A stretch of DNA of 42,634 bases from a virus (lineage: Duplodnaviria; Caudoviricetes). The notes below the pieces were generated by a model that saw nothing but the letters and a program-made list of their open reading frames with translations, had not been told where the DNA came from and did no database searches. A program made the position numbers and the translations under genes. Each line of letters opens with the position of its first letter. Within the stretch, counting starts at the first letter, position 1. This document shows, piece after piece, positions 8,319 through 17,529 of this stretch. Location of the stretch: the IMG/VR virus record IMGVR_UViG_3300033489_000157, positions 1 through 42,634 of that record. One strand, written 5' to 3'.

Positions 8319-8321
8319 GAC

Positions 8322-8513
8322 TCAACTCTTCTTCAACTTCTCCGCCGTGATGTTTCCCGTGATGTGATCGGTTACGACCTGAAGCTCCGCGCCGCACCAC
8401 TCGCAGGTTTTCACGGCTAGGCTAGGCTCATGCGTGCCCTTGACTTCCGAGGCGATAATCATGTTCCCGCACTCCGGGCACTTGAACCCGCTGAACGATG
8501 CCATGATGGACAC
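8322..8513 (-). CDS. Small Zn-ribbon protein
   Basis: CPECG...CEWCG; tightly packed between the lipoprotein gene and int. Confidence 0.6.
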   Translation of the reverse strand: MSIMASFSGFKCPECGNMIIASEVKGTHEPSLAVKTCEWCGAELQVVTDHITGNITAEKLKKS

Positions 8514-8520
8514 GGTTGCC

Positions 8521-8997
8521 TCACTTTGTTTTTTCTAATACGCGGTCATAGATTTCCTTTTCTAGTTTTCCCGTTGAGACGCAGGGTCGGGTTCTGGTTG
8601 CACCAGAGTTAGAAACCACATCCGCGCTAAACTGTTCGAACACGGCATTAACCTTTATTTCGCAAGGGGCATAGGAGACCTTTTTGACATACACGTTGAA
8701 CTTACCCGAACGATCCTGTTCGCGGAAAGGATATCCCGCACTCCCGCATGAGCAATATCCCGTTTCATTCTTCTGACCCCTGAAACTTATCCAGTCCGTC
8801 GTGATAAGACCGGACGCTTTTTCCATGTTCATAATCGGTAAGTTCAGCTCGGCGAAGATTTCAATAACCGCCTGCCACACTTCCTCGAACGGCTGGTCCA
8901 CAGAAAAAGAATTTTGAATCTGCCGGGGCACCGGGACCGAAGCACAGGCCGCCAGCGCGAGACAGACCAACCCCACCAAGAAAATTCGCTTTACCAT
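8521..8997 (-). CDS. Lipoprotein (BamC/NlpB-like motif), possible lysogen-expressed membrane factor
   Basis: Signal peptide with lipobox LAAC; VWQAVIE...KASGLITTDW motif; AGGGG RBS. Confidence 0.8.
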   Translation of the reverse strand: MVKRIFLVGLVCLALAACASVPVPRQIQNSFSVDQPFEEVWQAVIEIFAELNLPIMNMEKASGLITTDWISFRGQKNETGYCSCGSAGYPFREQDRSGKFNVYVKKVSYAPCEIKVNAVFEQFSADVVSNSGATRTRPCVSTGKLEKEIYDRVLEKTK

Positions 8998-9013
8998 GTT
9001 ACCCCCTTAAAAT

Positions 9014-9322
9014 TTATTTTTTGAGCTCGTCTAAGCGCTCCCTGATTTTTTGATCGACGATTTCATCGATTGTTTTAGGCGGCTTAATTTCGTCCGCCCT
9101 TGGGCATAAGTCGCCCATCTGGACCCCCAATAACTCTGCTATCTTGGATAGCTCCCCGATTGACAGACTGCGTTTGTTTTTCATGACCATGCTTAACCAC
9201 GGCCCGGTATAACCGAGAGCATTGGCAATTGAAACGCCCGTTATTTTTTTATCTTTCATCAGCTTTTTTAGGAGGGCGGTGACGGGCACTTGCCGACGCA
9301 GTTCTTCTTCTAAGTCAACCAT
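9014..9322 (-). CDS. XRE-family HTH repressor (cI-like, no peptidase domain)
   Basis: ITGVSIANALGYTGPWLSMVMKNKRSLSIGELSKIAELLGV; divergent from the cro-like gene. Confidence 0.85.
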   Translation of the reverse strand: MVDLEEELRRQVPVTALLKKLMKDKKITGVSIANALGYTGPWLSMVMKNKRSLSIGELSKIAELLGVQMGDLCPRADEIKPPKTIDEIVDQKIRERLDELKK

Positions 9323-9331
9323 TGTGTGAAT

Positions 9332-9360
9332 ATTATTTTCCTTTATTTACTCGCTGTCAA
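9332..9360 (-). promoter_or_regulatory. Leftward (repressor) sigma70-type promoter
   Basis: Minus strand TTGACA (9360-9355), 17 bp, AATAAT (9337-9332); ATG 9 nt later with no SD. Confidence 0.65.
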
Positions 9361-9416
9361 GGCTAAATCTAATATAAACAATAACTTAACGAGTTGAAAA
9401 TAATTGAAGATTTTAC

Positions 9417-9445
9417 TTGACATCCGGTTAAGGTTTACATATATT
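9417..9445 (+). promoter_or_regulatory. Rightward early (PR-like) promoter
   Basis: TTGACA (9417-9422), 17 bp, TATATT (9440-9445); ATG at 9455. Confidence 0.8.
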
Positions 9446-9454
9446 AGTAACAGG

Positions 9455-9646
9455 ATGTTAAGCATAGCCAAGTTTATCAGGGAACGCGGAATTACCCAGG
9501 CGGCCTTTGCTAAGCAATTACAGATATCTGAAGCGATGCTTTCCATGTGCCTTCGTGGAAAGCGCCGACTCGGTATCGATACTGCGCTCAGGGTAAAGAA
9601 AATCACGGGAATGGACTTGGACGAAATATATCGAGGAGCCCAATGA
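9455..9646 (+). CDS. Cro-like XRE HTH protein
   Basis: GITQAAFAKQLQISEAMLSMCLRGKRR; first gene of the rightward operon. Confidence 0.85.
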   Translation: MLSIAKFIRERGITQAAFAKQLQISEAMLSMCLRGKRRLGIDTALRVKKITGMDLDEIYRGAQ

Positions 9647-9831
9647 CATCTTTGCTGACCTTCAACGAAGCGCAAGCCGTGCTTAGGGTGCCGCGCTCCA
9701 CGCTGTTCGCGCTCCTGGCCCGGCACAACGTTAAGCGCGTAAAGCTCGGCAAGCGCGTCATGTTCCGTGAGCAGGACATCGAGGGGCTTATCAACGCCTG
9801 CCTGACGCCGAAACGGGTGTCTAAATTCTGA
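9643..9831 (+). CDS. xis: Excisionase-like HTH DNA-binding protein
   Basis: LLTFNEAQAVLRVPRSTLFALL...VKLGKRVMFREQDI; GAGGAG RBS; ATGA overlap. Confidence 0.8.
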   Translation: MTSLLTFNEAQAVLRVPRSTLFALLARHNVKRVKLGKRVMFREQDIEGLINACLTPKRVSKF

Positions 9832-9841
9832 GAGCGACATC

Positions 9842-10321
9842 ATGGAAAATATAAACGCCCTCACGCTCCCGCGTCAAACGAATACCTCCGAGACGATTCG
9901 GGTAAGCATCAAGCGGCTGGCTTCGAATAACGGCGGACTGGCCTCTTTCATGCGCGCGCTCGGGATGCCCTACAACAAGACGTGGGAGCGCATTAACCGG
10001 AATAAGGGTGATCTTATCGACGGCATCATCGAGCTTGCACAAGTAGGCTTTGATGATCCGCTCAGGATCGCCGCTGATGCCGCCGGATACGACGTAACGC
10101 CGAAATTGAAGTTTCTCCGCACGTCTCGACCGCCTCGACCCGTGAGGAGTTACGGGCTTGAGCTACACCACGTGACGTCCAGGATCACCATGCTACTCGA
10201 AGAAGCGCTTGCGGATCAGAGAATTGACGAGAAAGAGATCAGGGCGCTGCAATCCAGGGTACACAATGCGAGAAAGACGCTCGCCGAGTTCGAGGCCAAG
10301 ATCACGGGGGTGCTGCCATGA
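9842..10321 (+). CDS. Phage regulatory protein, CII-like
   Basis: 159 aa with C-terminal EEALADQRIDEKE motif typical of CII/YmfL-like regulators; position after cro/xis. Confidence 0.6.
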   Translation: MENINALTLPRQTNTSETIRVSIKRLASNNGGLASFMRALGMPYNKTWERINRNKGDLIDGIIELAQVGFDDPLRIAADAAGYDVTPKLKFLRTSRPPRPVRSYGLELHHVTSRITMLLEEALADQRIDEKEIRALQSRVHNARKTLAEFEAKITGVLP

Positions 10322-10485
10322 AGGCCATCGTCGACAAGGCGGGCCATAAGGTTCAGTTCATCTTCAACGGCAGGTGGGTAGAGGTTGAACTGCCGTATTC
10401 GATCTATGACATGGTTGAGCTGGCGATGAAGCAGATGGAGCCGAAAGAACCGGGGGACGGGGCAAGTGCAGGGGAGGGGCGGTGA
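10318..10485 (+). CDS. Hypothetical protein (55 aa, not in the ORF track)
   Basis: MKAIVDKAGHKVQFIFNGRWVEVELPYSIYDMVELAMKQME...; ATGA and GTGA overlaps on both sides. Confidence 0.6.
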   Translation: MKAIVDKAGHKVQFIFNGRWVEVELPYSIYDMVELAMKQMEPKEPGDGASAGEGR

Positions 10486-10715
10486 ACGCAATTAAACAAA
10501 GCGTTCGGACGCTATCAGAGGCCCGTAGAGGGCAAAATAAGCCGGAATCCGCCTTGTGCCCTCAATGTGGCAAGCCCTTCGTTCCTAAGCGAAAAACCCA
10601 GAAGTTCGATTCTCCCAATTGTCGGAAGCGGGCATTTGACGAAAAGAAGATTATCGAGACCGCGATCAAGGCTCTTCAATTAGTGCGCGAAAAGAAATAC
10701 GGAATCAAAGGATAA
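10482..10715 (+). CDS. Small Zn-finger-like protein
   Basis: CPQCGKPF...FDSPNCR; GGAGG RBS with GTG start. Confidence 0.65.
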   Translation: MNAIKQSVRTLSEARRGQNKPESALCPQCGKPFVPKRKTQKFDSPNCRKRAFDEKKIIETAIKALQLVREKKYGIKG

Positions 10716-10717
10716 GC

Positions 10718-10948
10718 ATGGGTCATATAAGCGCTAGCGTGGGGGCGACTCGAAAGAGTGCTTGGGCAACGCCATGCGTTGGTCACCGGCAGTCAGTAAA
10801 AGGCCGACACAGCTGCCGCACAGCTACAACCCCGATGGCTGATGATGCCATCCGCCCGAAAGAAGGGTGCAATAAAGATAGGCCATTGATCCATGCTTCT
10901 CCTTATCGCCTCTCCCGGATCGAGGCGAAGATGGGGACAGGAGCATGA
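10718..10948 (+). CDS. Hypothetical protein
   Basis: Fills the gap, with ATGA overlap to the next gene; composition is unconvincing. Confidence 0.35.
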   Translation: MGHISASVGATRKSAWATPCVGHRQSVKGRHSCRTATTPMADDAIRPKEGCNKDRPLIHASPYRLSRIEAKMGTGA

Positions 10949-11238
10949 AGTTCCTCAAGGTCAAGCCATCCGAAACTCGCTTCGGACTCCGCGATGCCAT
11001 AGAGGTTAATCCTCTCATGTTCTGCGAGAGCTGTAACCACGTCGTCCGGGAGAGCGAGATGACCGGCGATATTTGCAATATTTGTTATAACGCAAACGAA
11101 GGAAAGGAGGTGATGGATTCAGAAAACCTTAGTCTGAAGGCTCAAGGAGACAGTGCTCCCCATTCGCGTGGGGAGCGGGAATTAAAACCGGATGGCCCCG
11201 ATGGCCAGCTATCGCTCAATATAAGCCGCGATAGCTGA
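10945..11238 (+). CDS. Hypothetical protein with CxxC...CxxC
   Basis: CESC...CNIC; purine-rich upstream region. Confidence 0.5.
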   Translation: MKFLKVKPSETRFGLRDAIEVNPLMFCESCNHVVRESEMTGDICNICYNANEGKEVMDSENLSLKAQGDSAPHSRGERELKPDGPDGQLSLNISRDS

Positions 11239-11267
11239 CTTGTCAAGGGCCAGATAAAGGAGAAATC

Positions 11268-12332
11268 ATGAACGAAGAAAAACCAAAAGCTACGGCGGCG
11301 CTTTCCGCGGCGAAGACCGCGGAAGCCAAGCCTCCGAAGAAGCTCGCCCTTGCAGCCGACTTCGGTGCCGTCTACACGAAGGTCCAGGGCGGCCAGCTCA
11401 TGGCTCCCGTCCGCGCCGACATGACCCTTTTCGAGAAGCTCGGTCATATCTACAGACAGAAGGACAAATATCTGGTGACGGCCACGGGATACAGATATCT
11501 CAATAAGGTCGCGTCGATCTCAACCGTCACGCCGCAATCCGTCATCGTCGATGGCCGCCAGGTCCCGAATCCGCACATTGAACGGAATCCCAGGACCAAG
11601 GCGATCGAGTCCGTCAACATCCGCAAGATGGGGATCGGCTATTCGCCGGCGGGGAATATTGTCGTCATCGATAAGACGCTGTTTTACAACGTCTACACCT
11701 ATTTCATCCAGGCTATTCAAGCCAAAATGGGCCGCGCCGAGTGGACGACGATCGAAGGGCGACGCCAGAAGACCGATAAGAAGGAGTTCCCGAACTGCGC
11801 GCTTTACGGCACCGCCGACGAAAAGCCGGTCATCACCGGACGGTGGGCATTCTATCCAACCGAGGAGCCGCTCGGCATCTGGATAAACTATGAGGACCAG
11901 GCCATCATCGATTGCCTCGAAGAGCACACGCAGCGGCAACGTTTCGGCGACCGTATGGCGACGACGATCGTTGAGAGGAACATTCTCAAGGATCACCCCG
12001 CGATTGCCGTTTCCCAGGTTTTCGAGAAAAACGGCACTGCCGGAATTCAAGCGACCGTGACGGTCCACGGCTGGCGGAACGACAACTCGCCGCGGAACAT
12101 CTCCGAGATCATGCGGCAGGCTGAAGGCGGTAAGGATTCCGCGGACTTCGAAGTCCAGGCCGAGGTCATCATGGAGGTGGATGCCGAGGAAGAGAAGGCG
12201 GCCAGGAAGGAAGTCGTCGAGGCTGAGGGCGAGGCAATAGAACCCGAGGTCATGGGCAATCCGGCGAAGGACAAGGAACCGCCTCAGTCATTCTTTGAGA
12301 AGCAGCGCAAAGAGCAGAAAGGCGGAAAGTGA
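11268..12332 (+). CDS. Hypothetical protein, candidate recombination/ssDNA-annealing protein
   Basis: AAGGAG RBS; 354 aa with acidic C-terminal region; directly upstream of an exonuclease. Function inferred from position only. Confidence 0.5.
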   Translation: MNEEKPKATAALSAAKTAEAKPPKKLALAADFGAVYTKVQGGQLMAPVRADMTLFEKLGHIYRQKDKYLVTATGYRYLNKVASISTVTPQSVIVDGRQVPNPHIERNPRTKAIESVNIRKMGIGYSPAGNIVVIDKTLFYNVYTYFIQAIQAKMGRAEWTTIEGRRQKTDKKEFPNCALYGTADEKPVITGRWAFYPTEEPLGIWINYEDQAIIDCLEEHTQRQRFGDRMATTIVERNILKDHPAIAVSQVFEKNGTAGIQATVTVHGWRNDNSPRNISEIMRQAEGGKDSADFEVQAEVIMEVDAEEEKAARKEVVEAEGEAIEPEVMGNPAKDKEPPQSFFEKQRKEQKGGK

Positions 12333-13558
12333 TGGAGACCCTCGAGCGCGAACAAATGAAGAGGGAGGCGGACGCACGGGCGCGCCTCCGCGAGAAGGTC
12401 TCGGCCGAACGCGCTGGTTTCAGGCCGCACCCGAAGGAGCCCCAACCGGAGAATCCGGCGATCTCCGAACTCTCAAAGCCCCGTCCCGTGGTCCGGCCCG
12501 AGCTGTTTCCCGAAATCGCCCCTCAGCCCCCGGCTTCGGATGAAGCCGTCCTCCTGGAACAACTCGGGGAGATCGGCGCCGAAATCGAAATGCGCCTGGA
12601 CGATGAACTCCAACGGGAACGGAATGAAAAGAACGGCGGCAAGCCCTACGAGCATCCGGACTGGAACTGGGCATCGCAGCTGGGGCACCCGTGTGCCCGG
12701 AATCTCGTCTACCAGCGCCTGAATGGTGCCGAGCAGAAGGCGCCCGATATCGCAAGCCTCTGGCGTTTCCGCGAAGGGAATGAACTCGAGGCTAAAATTA
12801 AGCGGCAGTTGAGCGTCATCGGTTATGAGATCGAGGGCAGCCAGAACCGTTTGCGATGGGACGCTTACAAGATAAGCGGCCGGATCGACGGTCTGGTCCC
12901 GGTCGGCCGGCGCTTCCCTGCGCCCTTCGAGAATCTCCGGAACGTCGATGGCGAGATCAAATCCATGAACCCGCTTTTTTGGGATAAGCACAAGACGATC
13001 GATGATATCAAGAACAGCCGCTACTGGTGGATCCGGAAGTACCCGTCTCAGCTCAACCTCTACTGCCTGATGAACGACAAGCCGGGCGGTCTCTTGATTT
13101 TGGGTACCTTCGGAAAGCGGCCCCGGATCCTGCCGATGCTCATCGACTATGACCTAGCCGAGCGGGACCTCCACATGGCGGAGGCGGTCAACCGGCACGT
13201 CGAGGCCGGCACCTATCCGGAACCGATTCCCCTTGAACCATCAGTCTGCGGCATGTGCGAATTCAGCCACATCTGCATGCCGCTCAAGGCCTCGCCCTAT
13301 ACCGAGATCTCGAAAGGCGATTATTTCGAGCTCAGTCTCTACATCGAGGCGAAAGCCGAACGGGACAGGGCCGAGGAGGAATTCAAGCGCTGGCACGACA
13401 AGCTCATCGGCAACAATAAAAAGCCCGGGCGTTTCTATGGAAAGAACGCGGTCCTCGAGGACATCGAGATCGAATCGAGGGAGGTCGACCGGAAGGCCTA
13501 CGAAGTGAGGGCCGGTCAATACATGATCACTACGATCGAAAGGACTACGGACAGATGA
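12329..13558 (+). CDS. PD-(D/E)xK exonuclease, Cas4/AddB-like with Fe-S cysteines
   Basis: ASQLGHPC...ISGRIDG...EIKS...QLNLY...CGMCEFSHIC. Confidence 0.8.
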   Translation: MMETLEREQMKREADARARLREKVSAERAGFRPHPKEPQPENPAISELSKPRPVVRPELFPEIAPQPPASDEAVLLEQLGEIGAEIEMRLDDELQRERNEKNGGKPYEHPDWNWASQLGHPCARNLVYQRLNGAEQKAPDIASLWRFREGNELEAKIKRQLSVIGYEIEGSQNRLRWDAYKISGRIDGLVPVGRRFPAPFENLRNVDGEIKSMNPLFWDKHKTIDDIKNSRYWWIRKYPSQLNLYCLMNDKPGGLLILGTFGKRPRILPMLIDYDLAERDLHMAEAVNRHVEAGTYPEPIPLEPSVCGMCEFSHICMPLKASPYTEISKGDYFELSLYIEAKAERDRAEEEFKRWHDKLIGNNKKPGRFYGKNAVLEDIEIESREVDRKAYEVRAGQYMITTIERTTDR

Positions 13559-14367
13559 TGAACGAAATTGAAAGACTCTCAACGGATTTGGCAACGCAGG
13601 CCCAGGGGCTTGCAGTCACGGACCGGGCGTCGGCGAACAGGGCGACGGAGCTCATCCTAGCCGGGAAGGATGCTGTCCGAAAAATTAAGGCTTTCTTCAT
13701 GCCCCTAAAAGAAGCCGCAAACGCCACGCATCGACAGCTCATCGAAAAGGAAAAGGCGGAACTGGCGAAGGTAGAGCCCATTGTAGAAAGTCTTTCCCGG
13801 AGCATCTCAAGCTGGCGGACTGAAGAGGAGCGGAAACGCAGGGAGGCTGAGACTGAAGCCCGGCGCCGCGAGGAAGAGCGCAAGCGGCTTGAAGAGGAGG
13901 CCCTAAGGAAAGCCAGGGAGGCTGAAGAGAAAGCCGAGCGTGAGCGGCAAAGGCTTGAAGCTGAGGCTGAAAAGCTCCGACAGGAGGCCCTGAAAAAGGC
14001 CGATGATGCAGTTGCCCTGAAACGCATTGAGGAGGAGCGCGAGAAGCTCCGCCTTCAAGCCGAGGAGGCTCGAAGGATTGCGGATGATGAGACGACGCTG
14101 GCCATCGACGAGGCCGCAAAGGCTGAGGCCGCGATGGCTCCGGCGCCGATCATCCCCGAGGCTCCGCGGACGGCTGGCCTCGCAATGCAGGATCACTGGT
14201 GCTTCGAGGTCGTCGATCCGATGGCCGTACCAAGAGAATTCCTGGCCGTTGACGAGATCAAGATCGGCAAGGTCGTCCGGGCGCTCAAGGGCCAGATCAC
14301 AATCCCAGGCGTCCGGATATTCAATCGTCCGATCATGGCGTCGATCGGGAACAGAACTAAGTCATGA
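13555..14367 (+). CDS. Coiled-coil phage protein of the recombination module
   Basis: Long E/R/K/A helix; C-terminal WCFEVVDPMAVPREFL...IPGVRIF motif common in phages. Confidence 0.7.
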   Translation: MMNEIERLSTDLATQAQGLAVTDRASANRATELILAGKDAVRKIKAFFMPLKEAANATHRQLIEKEKAELAKVEPIVESLSRSISSWRTEEERKRREAETEARRREEERKRLEEEALRKAREAEEKAERERQRLEAEAEKLRQEALKKADDAVALKRIEEEREKLRLQAEEARRIADDETTLAIDEAAKAEAAMAPAPIIPEAPRTAGLAMQDHWCFEVVDPMAVPREFLAVDEIKIGKVVRALKGQITIPGVRIFNRPIMASIGNRTKS

Positions 14368-14483
14368 ATCCAATGGCCCGGCTGTCCATGCGCGAATCTG
14401 CGGAGAGTGGCAATAAATGGCTAGCTTGCCGACTGCTCTCCCGGCCGGGCCTTATACGATGAGAAAAACGAAAGGATGATGAC

Positions 14484-15299
14484 GTGGAAGATGGGCGTGA
14501 AGATAAAAATCCGTGGGTCAAATGGTTCTGGTCCGATTACCTTTCAGATACCGGGCTGGCATCATCAAGCCTAGCGGCTCAGGGGCTGTGGATGAGGATG
14601 CTTTCTATTATGGCGAAAAGCAAAATAGTGGGATTCATGCTTGATGGTGAAGGCAAAATGGAAAGCAAAACCTTAGCAAAATTAGTAGGCGAAGATGTCG
14701 CCGTCGTGGACTCGCTTCTTGCCGAGTTAAAGACTCATAACGTTTACTCGCAAGGTGATGGTGGGGTTATATTTAACCGAAGGATGGCAAGGACTGGATA
14801 TATATCTGAGATAAGGGCTGAATCAGGTCGAAAGGGCGGCCGTTCTAAAAGCAAAGCCGGAAGCAAAATTGAAGCAAGGGTAGAAAGCAAAACGAAAGCG
14901 GCCTCTGCTTCTGCTTCTGCATATGCTTCTATTTCTTTCATAGAAGGGGTGTGGGGGAACATCCAGGAAGTCGATATTGCCGCATGGTCCGAGGCCTATC
15001 CGGCGTGTGATGTTCGGGGCGAACTGAAAAAGATGGCGGAGTGGCTGAAAGCAAACCCGGACAAGAAGAAGATCAAATATCGGCGGTTCATCGTGAACTG
15101 GTTGGCGCGGACGCAGGATCGGGGAGGGAGTGGAAGTGTCTTGGGACGCCGCGAGCCCGATCCTCCCCACATTGGGGCCAACGTCAAGCGAGACAAGCCG
15201 GATTCGTATTGGACCGAAGTGCGCAAGCTCAAGGCGCAGGGCTTGGAGGGCCAGGCGTTGACCGACGCAATCGCGGAGATAGAAGGGAGGAAGACATGA
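14484..15299 (+). CDS. Replication initiator/replisome organiser-like protein
   Basis: PWVKWFWSDYLSD...SLAAQGLWMRML N-terminus; WSEAYP...ELKKMAEWLKANP...RFIVNWLAR C-domain; internal AAGCAAA repeats. Confidence 0.7.
   Translation: MEDGREDKNPWVKWFWSDYLSDTGLASSSLAAQGLWMRMLSIMAKSKIVGFMLDGEGKMESKTLAKLVGEDVAVVDSLLAELKTHNVYSQGDGGVIFNRRMARTGYISEIRAESGRKGGRSKSKAGSKIEARVESKTKAASASASAYASISFIEGVWGNIQEVDIAAWSEAYPACDVRGELKKMAEWLKANPDKKKIKYRRFIVNWLARTQDRGGSGSVLGRREPDPPHIGANVKRDKPDSYWTEVRKLKAQGLEGQALTDAIAEIEGRKT
14849..14930. repeat. AAGCAA(A) iteron-like cluster, candidate origin
   Basis: AAGCAA at 14849, 14861, 14872 and 14885, then inverted TGCTT copies at 14906-14929; further copies at about 14618-14681. 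Confidence 0.5.
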
Positions 15300-15640
15300 A
15301 GGTAATTTATATTGCTGGACCATATCGGGCAAGAACCGAATGGGGAGTTGCCGAAAACATCCACCGGGCGGAGTTGGTAGCCGTCGAACTTTGGAAAAAT
15401 GGGTGGGCCGTTTTCTGTCCCCATAAGAATACCGCGTTTTTCGGGGGGAGTTGTGATGACCGAGTTTGGCTTGCCGGGGATCTGGAAATCCTTTTCAGAT
15501 GCGATGCCATTTGTTTCATCGACGGCTGGGACAGAAGTTTAGGGTGTATGGCTGAAAAAAAAGAGGCGGATCGGATTGGACTAAAAATCTATTTTGGAGC
15601 CGAGGCCGTCCCGGTTATGGTTGAAGGGGGAAGACCATGA
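15296..15640 (+). CDS. DUF4406-like / nucleoside 2-deoxyribosyltransferase-fold protein
   Basis: MKVIYIAGPY...FCPH...GDLEILFRCDAI...GWDRSLGCMAE. Confidence 0.8.
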   Translation: MKVIYIAGPYRARTEWGVAENIHRAELVAVELWKNGWAVFCPHKNTAFFGGSCDDRVWLAGDLEILFRCDAICFIDGWDRSLGCMAEKKEADRIGLKIYFGAEAVPVMVEGGRP

Positions 15641-15915
15641 AGCTCTTTGAATATCGCTGGCCGTGGGAAACGATGTGGATTCTCACGTTAATTGTCGTTT
15701 TAGCTTTCGGCATCTACGCCGGCCATTCCGTCACCGCCGCCTATAAGGACACGGAGATTTATGACCTCCAGGCCCAGGTTGAGACGGCCAACGCGAGCCT
15801 TGCAGAGCTGAATGTGGAATTGGCTTTTTGGAGAGACACGATGAGGGGCCTTGCCGAGGGCGGACAATTTGCGGGAGTCGATATTAAGTATGGGCGACCG
15901 AGCACCGGAGATTAA
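15637..15915 (+). CDS. Membrane-anchored coiled-coil hypothetical protein
   Basis: N-terminal hydrophobic segment plus heptad region; ATGA overlap. Confidence 0.6.
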   Translation: MKLFEYRWPWETMWILTLIVVLAFGIYAGHSVTAAYKDTEIYDLQAQVETANASLAELNVELAFWRDTMRGLAEGGQFAGVDIKYGRPSTGD

Positions 15916-15916
15916 T

Positions 15917-16567
15917 ATGGCTATCTTCATATGCAAGGCATGCGGGAAACAATTCGAAAGAAATCCATCAAATCTTAGAGCTGGATATTGCAGCCATGAA
16001 TGCGGATATCAACAGAGACGAGGGATGAAGCTCCCAAAAGAATGGGTCGATAAAGTTAGACGATCTCGGATGGGTCATATCACGAGCGAAGAGACGAAAA
16101 GAAAAATAAGCGCCGCGCAAAAAGGCCGACCCAAAGACAGGGCGTTTTGTGAAAGAATGCGCATAATCAGCAATCGGCCTGAGATCAAGGAGCGACAAAG
16201 CCGCGCAAAAACGGGGCCGTTGAATCCTGCATGGGCCGGGGGAAGATATATTTCAACCGAGGGGTATATTATGCGATGGAAGCCGGATCATCCATTTGCC
16301 ACAAAGCGGGGAATGGTTCCCGAGCATCGTTTAATTGCAGAGCGAGCACTAGGCCGGCATCTTAAATCAACGGAAATCGTTCATCATATCAACGGAGATT
16401 CAACTGACAACAGAAATAAAAACTTAGTTATTTGTGAACGCAAAGGCTGTCACAAGCTCTTGCATAATCGGGCTCGCCGCCTCGGCATGGAGCACGACGG
16501 CGTCATCCCGGCGCCGATGATAAGCATACCGGGAAGGCCGAGCGATAGAGATTGGGGTCGAAAATGA
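15917..16567 (+). CDS. HNH homing endonuclease with NUMOD3-like motifs
   Basis: SEETKRKISAAQKG; EHRLIAE...VHHINGDSTDNRNKNL...HKLLH; GGAG RBS. Confidence 0.85.
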   Translation: MAIFICKACGKQFERNPSNLRAGYCSHECGYQQRRGMKLPKEWVDKVRRSRMGHITSEETKRKISAAQKGRPKDRAFCERMRIISNRPEIKERQSRAKTGPLNPAWAGGRYISTEGYIMRWKPDHPFATKRGMVPEHRLIAERALGRHLKSTEIVHHINGDSTDNRNKNLVICERKGCHKLLHNRARRLGMEHDGVIPAPMISIPGRPSDRDWGRK

Positions 16568-17529
16568 ATCCGGATAATATTTTCTGGGATCGAATAGCTG
16601 AACGGACCACAGAGACAATATCTGCTTTGCGTGCCGGAAAACCGATTCCCATCATTCGATATGCCGTTCATGTTACATCTGCATGTAATATGCGGTGTCA
16701 ATACTGCCATGACAGAAAACCCTCGGGGCAAATGATTGATCGAGTGTTATTTGCGGAACTTTGCCGACGGGCTGGCAAAGGCGGGATTGTTCATATAACG
16801 GGGGGGGAGCCATCCCTCGTTCCGTGGATATATGATGAAATTCGGCAAAATAAAGATTTAACGAAATTTGCATGGAACAGCAATCTTCTACGGTTACCGC
16901 CCGATGATGTTTTGGAAGCCCTATTTCGAATTAAGACCTCCCTCGATGACTATCATGCTGATCGCTGGAATACATTGGTTGGCGGAGATTTCTTTGATAC
17001 CGTCGTAGCGAATATCAAGTGGGCCATTCGGGTTACGAAGCATGTTTCGGTAAGTTTTGTTGCAACACATCAGAGTGCCCATCGGTTCGATAATTTTATT
17101 CGATTTTGCCAAGATGAATTTCCTGGATTATTTTCAATATCGGCATCATTTTACAAGGGGAATGAAAACGCAGAATTATCCCTCGATCAAGATGATCTAG
17201 CCATCTTGTTTGAGCATGCTGATTTATTGGATTCAACATCAAAACAGATTTTTTATTCGACACATGATTCAAACAAAAACGAATTCCCGGAGAATCTGCA
17301 AATCCCCTGTTATCTTTCTATGTCGGAGAGGCTTTTCGATGAATTTGGACGAGAATTTTTTTGCTCTCATCTTTTCCGAGATGGCGTGATGGCTCCGGGA
17401 AGACCAGGGTTAGATCATCATTGTGTTACCGGATGCAACGCCCGGTTCTATAAATTCAACAAGGAAATTCAGGACGTCCTGGATAACTTGGGGCCGAAGC
17501 CCGACCGACATGACCGCAAGGAGGAATAG
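16564..17529 (+). CDS. Radical SAM protein with C-terminal Cys (Twitch-like) extension
   Basis: CNMRCQYC, ITGGEP, TSLD; C-terminal CYL...FFC...CVTGC; visibly AT-richer than the genome. Confidence 0.85.
   Translation: MNPDNIFWDRIAERTTETISALRAGKPIPIIRYAVHVTSACNMRCQYCHDRKPSGQMIDRVLFAELCRRAGKGGIVHITGGEPSLVPWIYDEIRQNKDLTKFAWNSNLLRLPPDDVLEALFRIKTSLDDYHADRWNTLVGGDFFDTVVANIKWAIRVTKHVSVSFVATHQSAHRFDNFIRFCQDEFPGLFSISASFYKGNENAELSLDQDDLAILFEHADLLDSTSKQIFYSTHDSNKNEFPENLQIPCYLSMSERLFDEFGREFFCSHLFRDGVMAPGRPGLDHHCVTGCNARFYKFNKEIQDVLDNLGPKPDRHDRKEE

Noticed and set aside
12329-13558. CRISPR-Cas locus (cas4)
   Set aside because: No other cas genes or array; solo Cas4-like nucleases are common in phage recombination modules.
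16564-17529. QueE/7-deazaguanine pathway or viperin
   Set aside because: No folE/queD/queC/dpdA genes, and I recognise no family-specific motifs; left as an unassigned rSAM.
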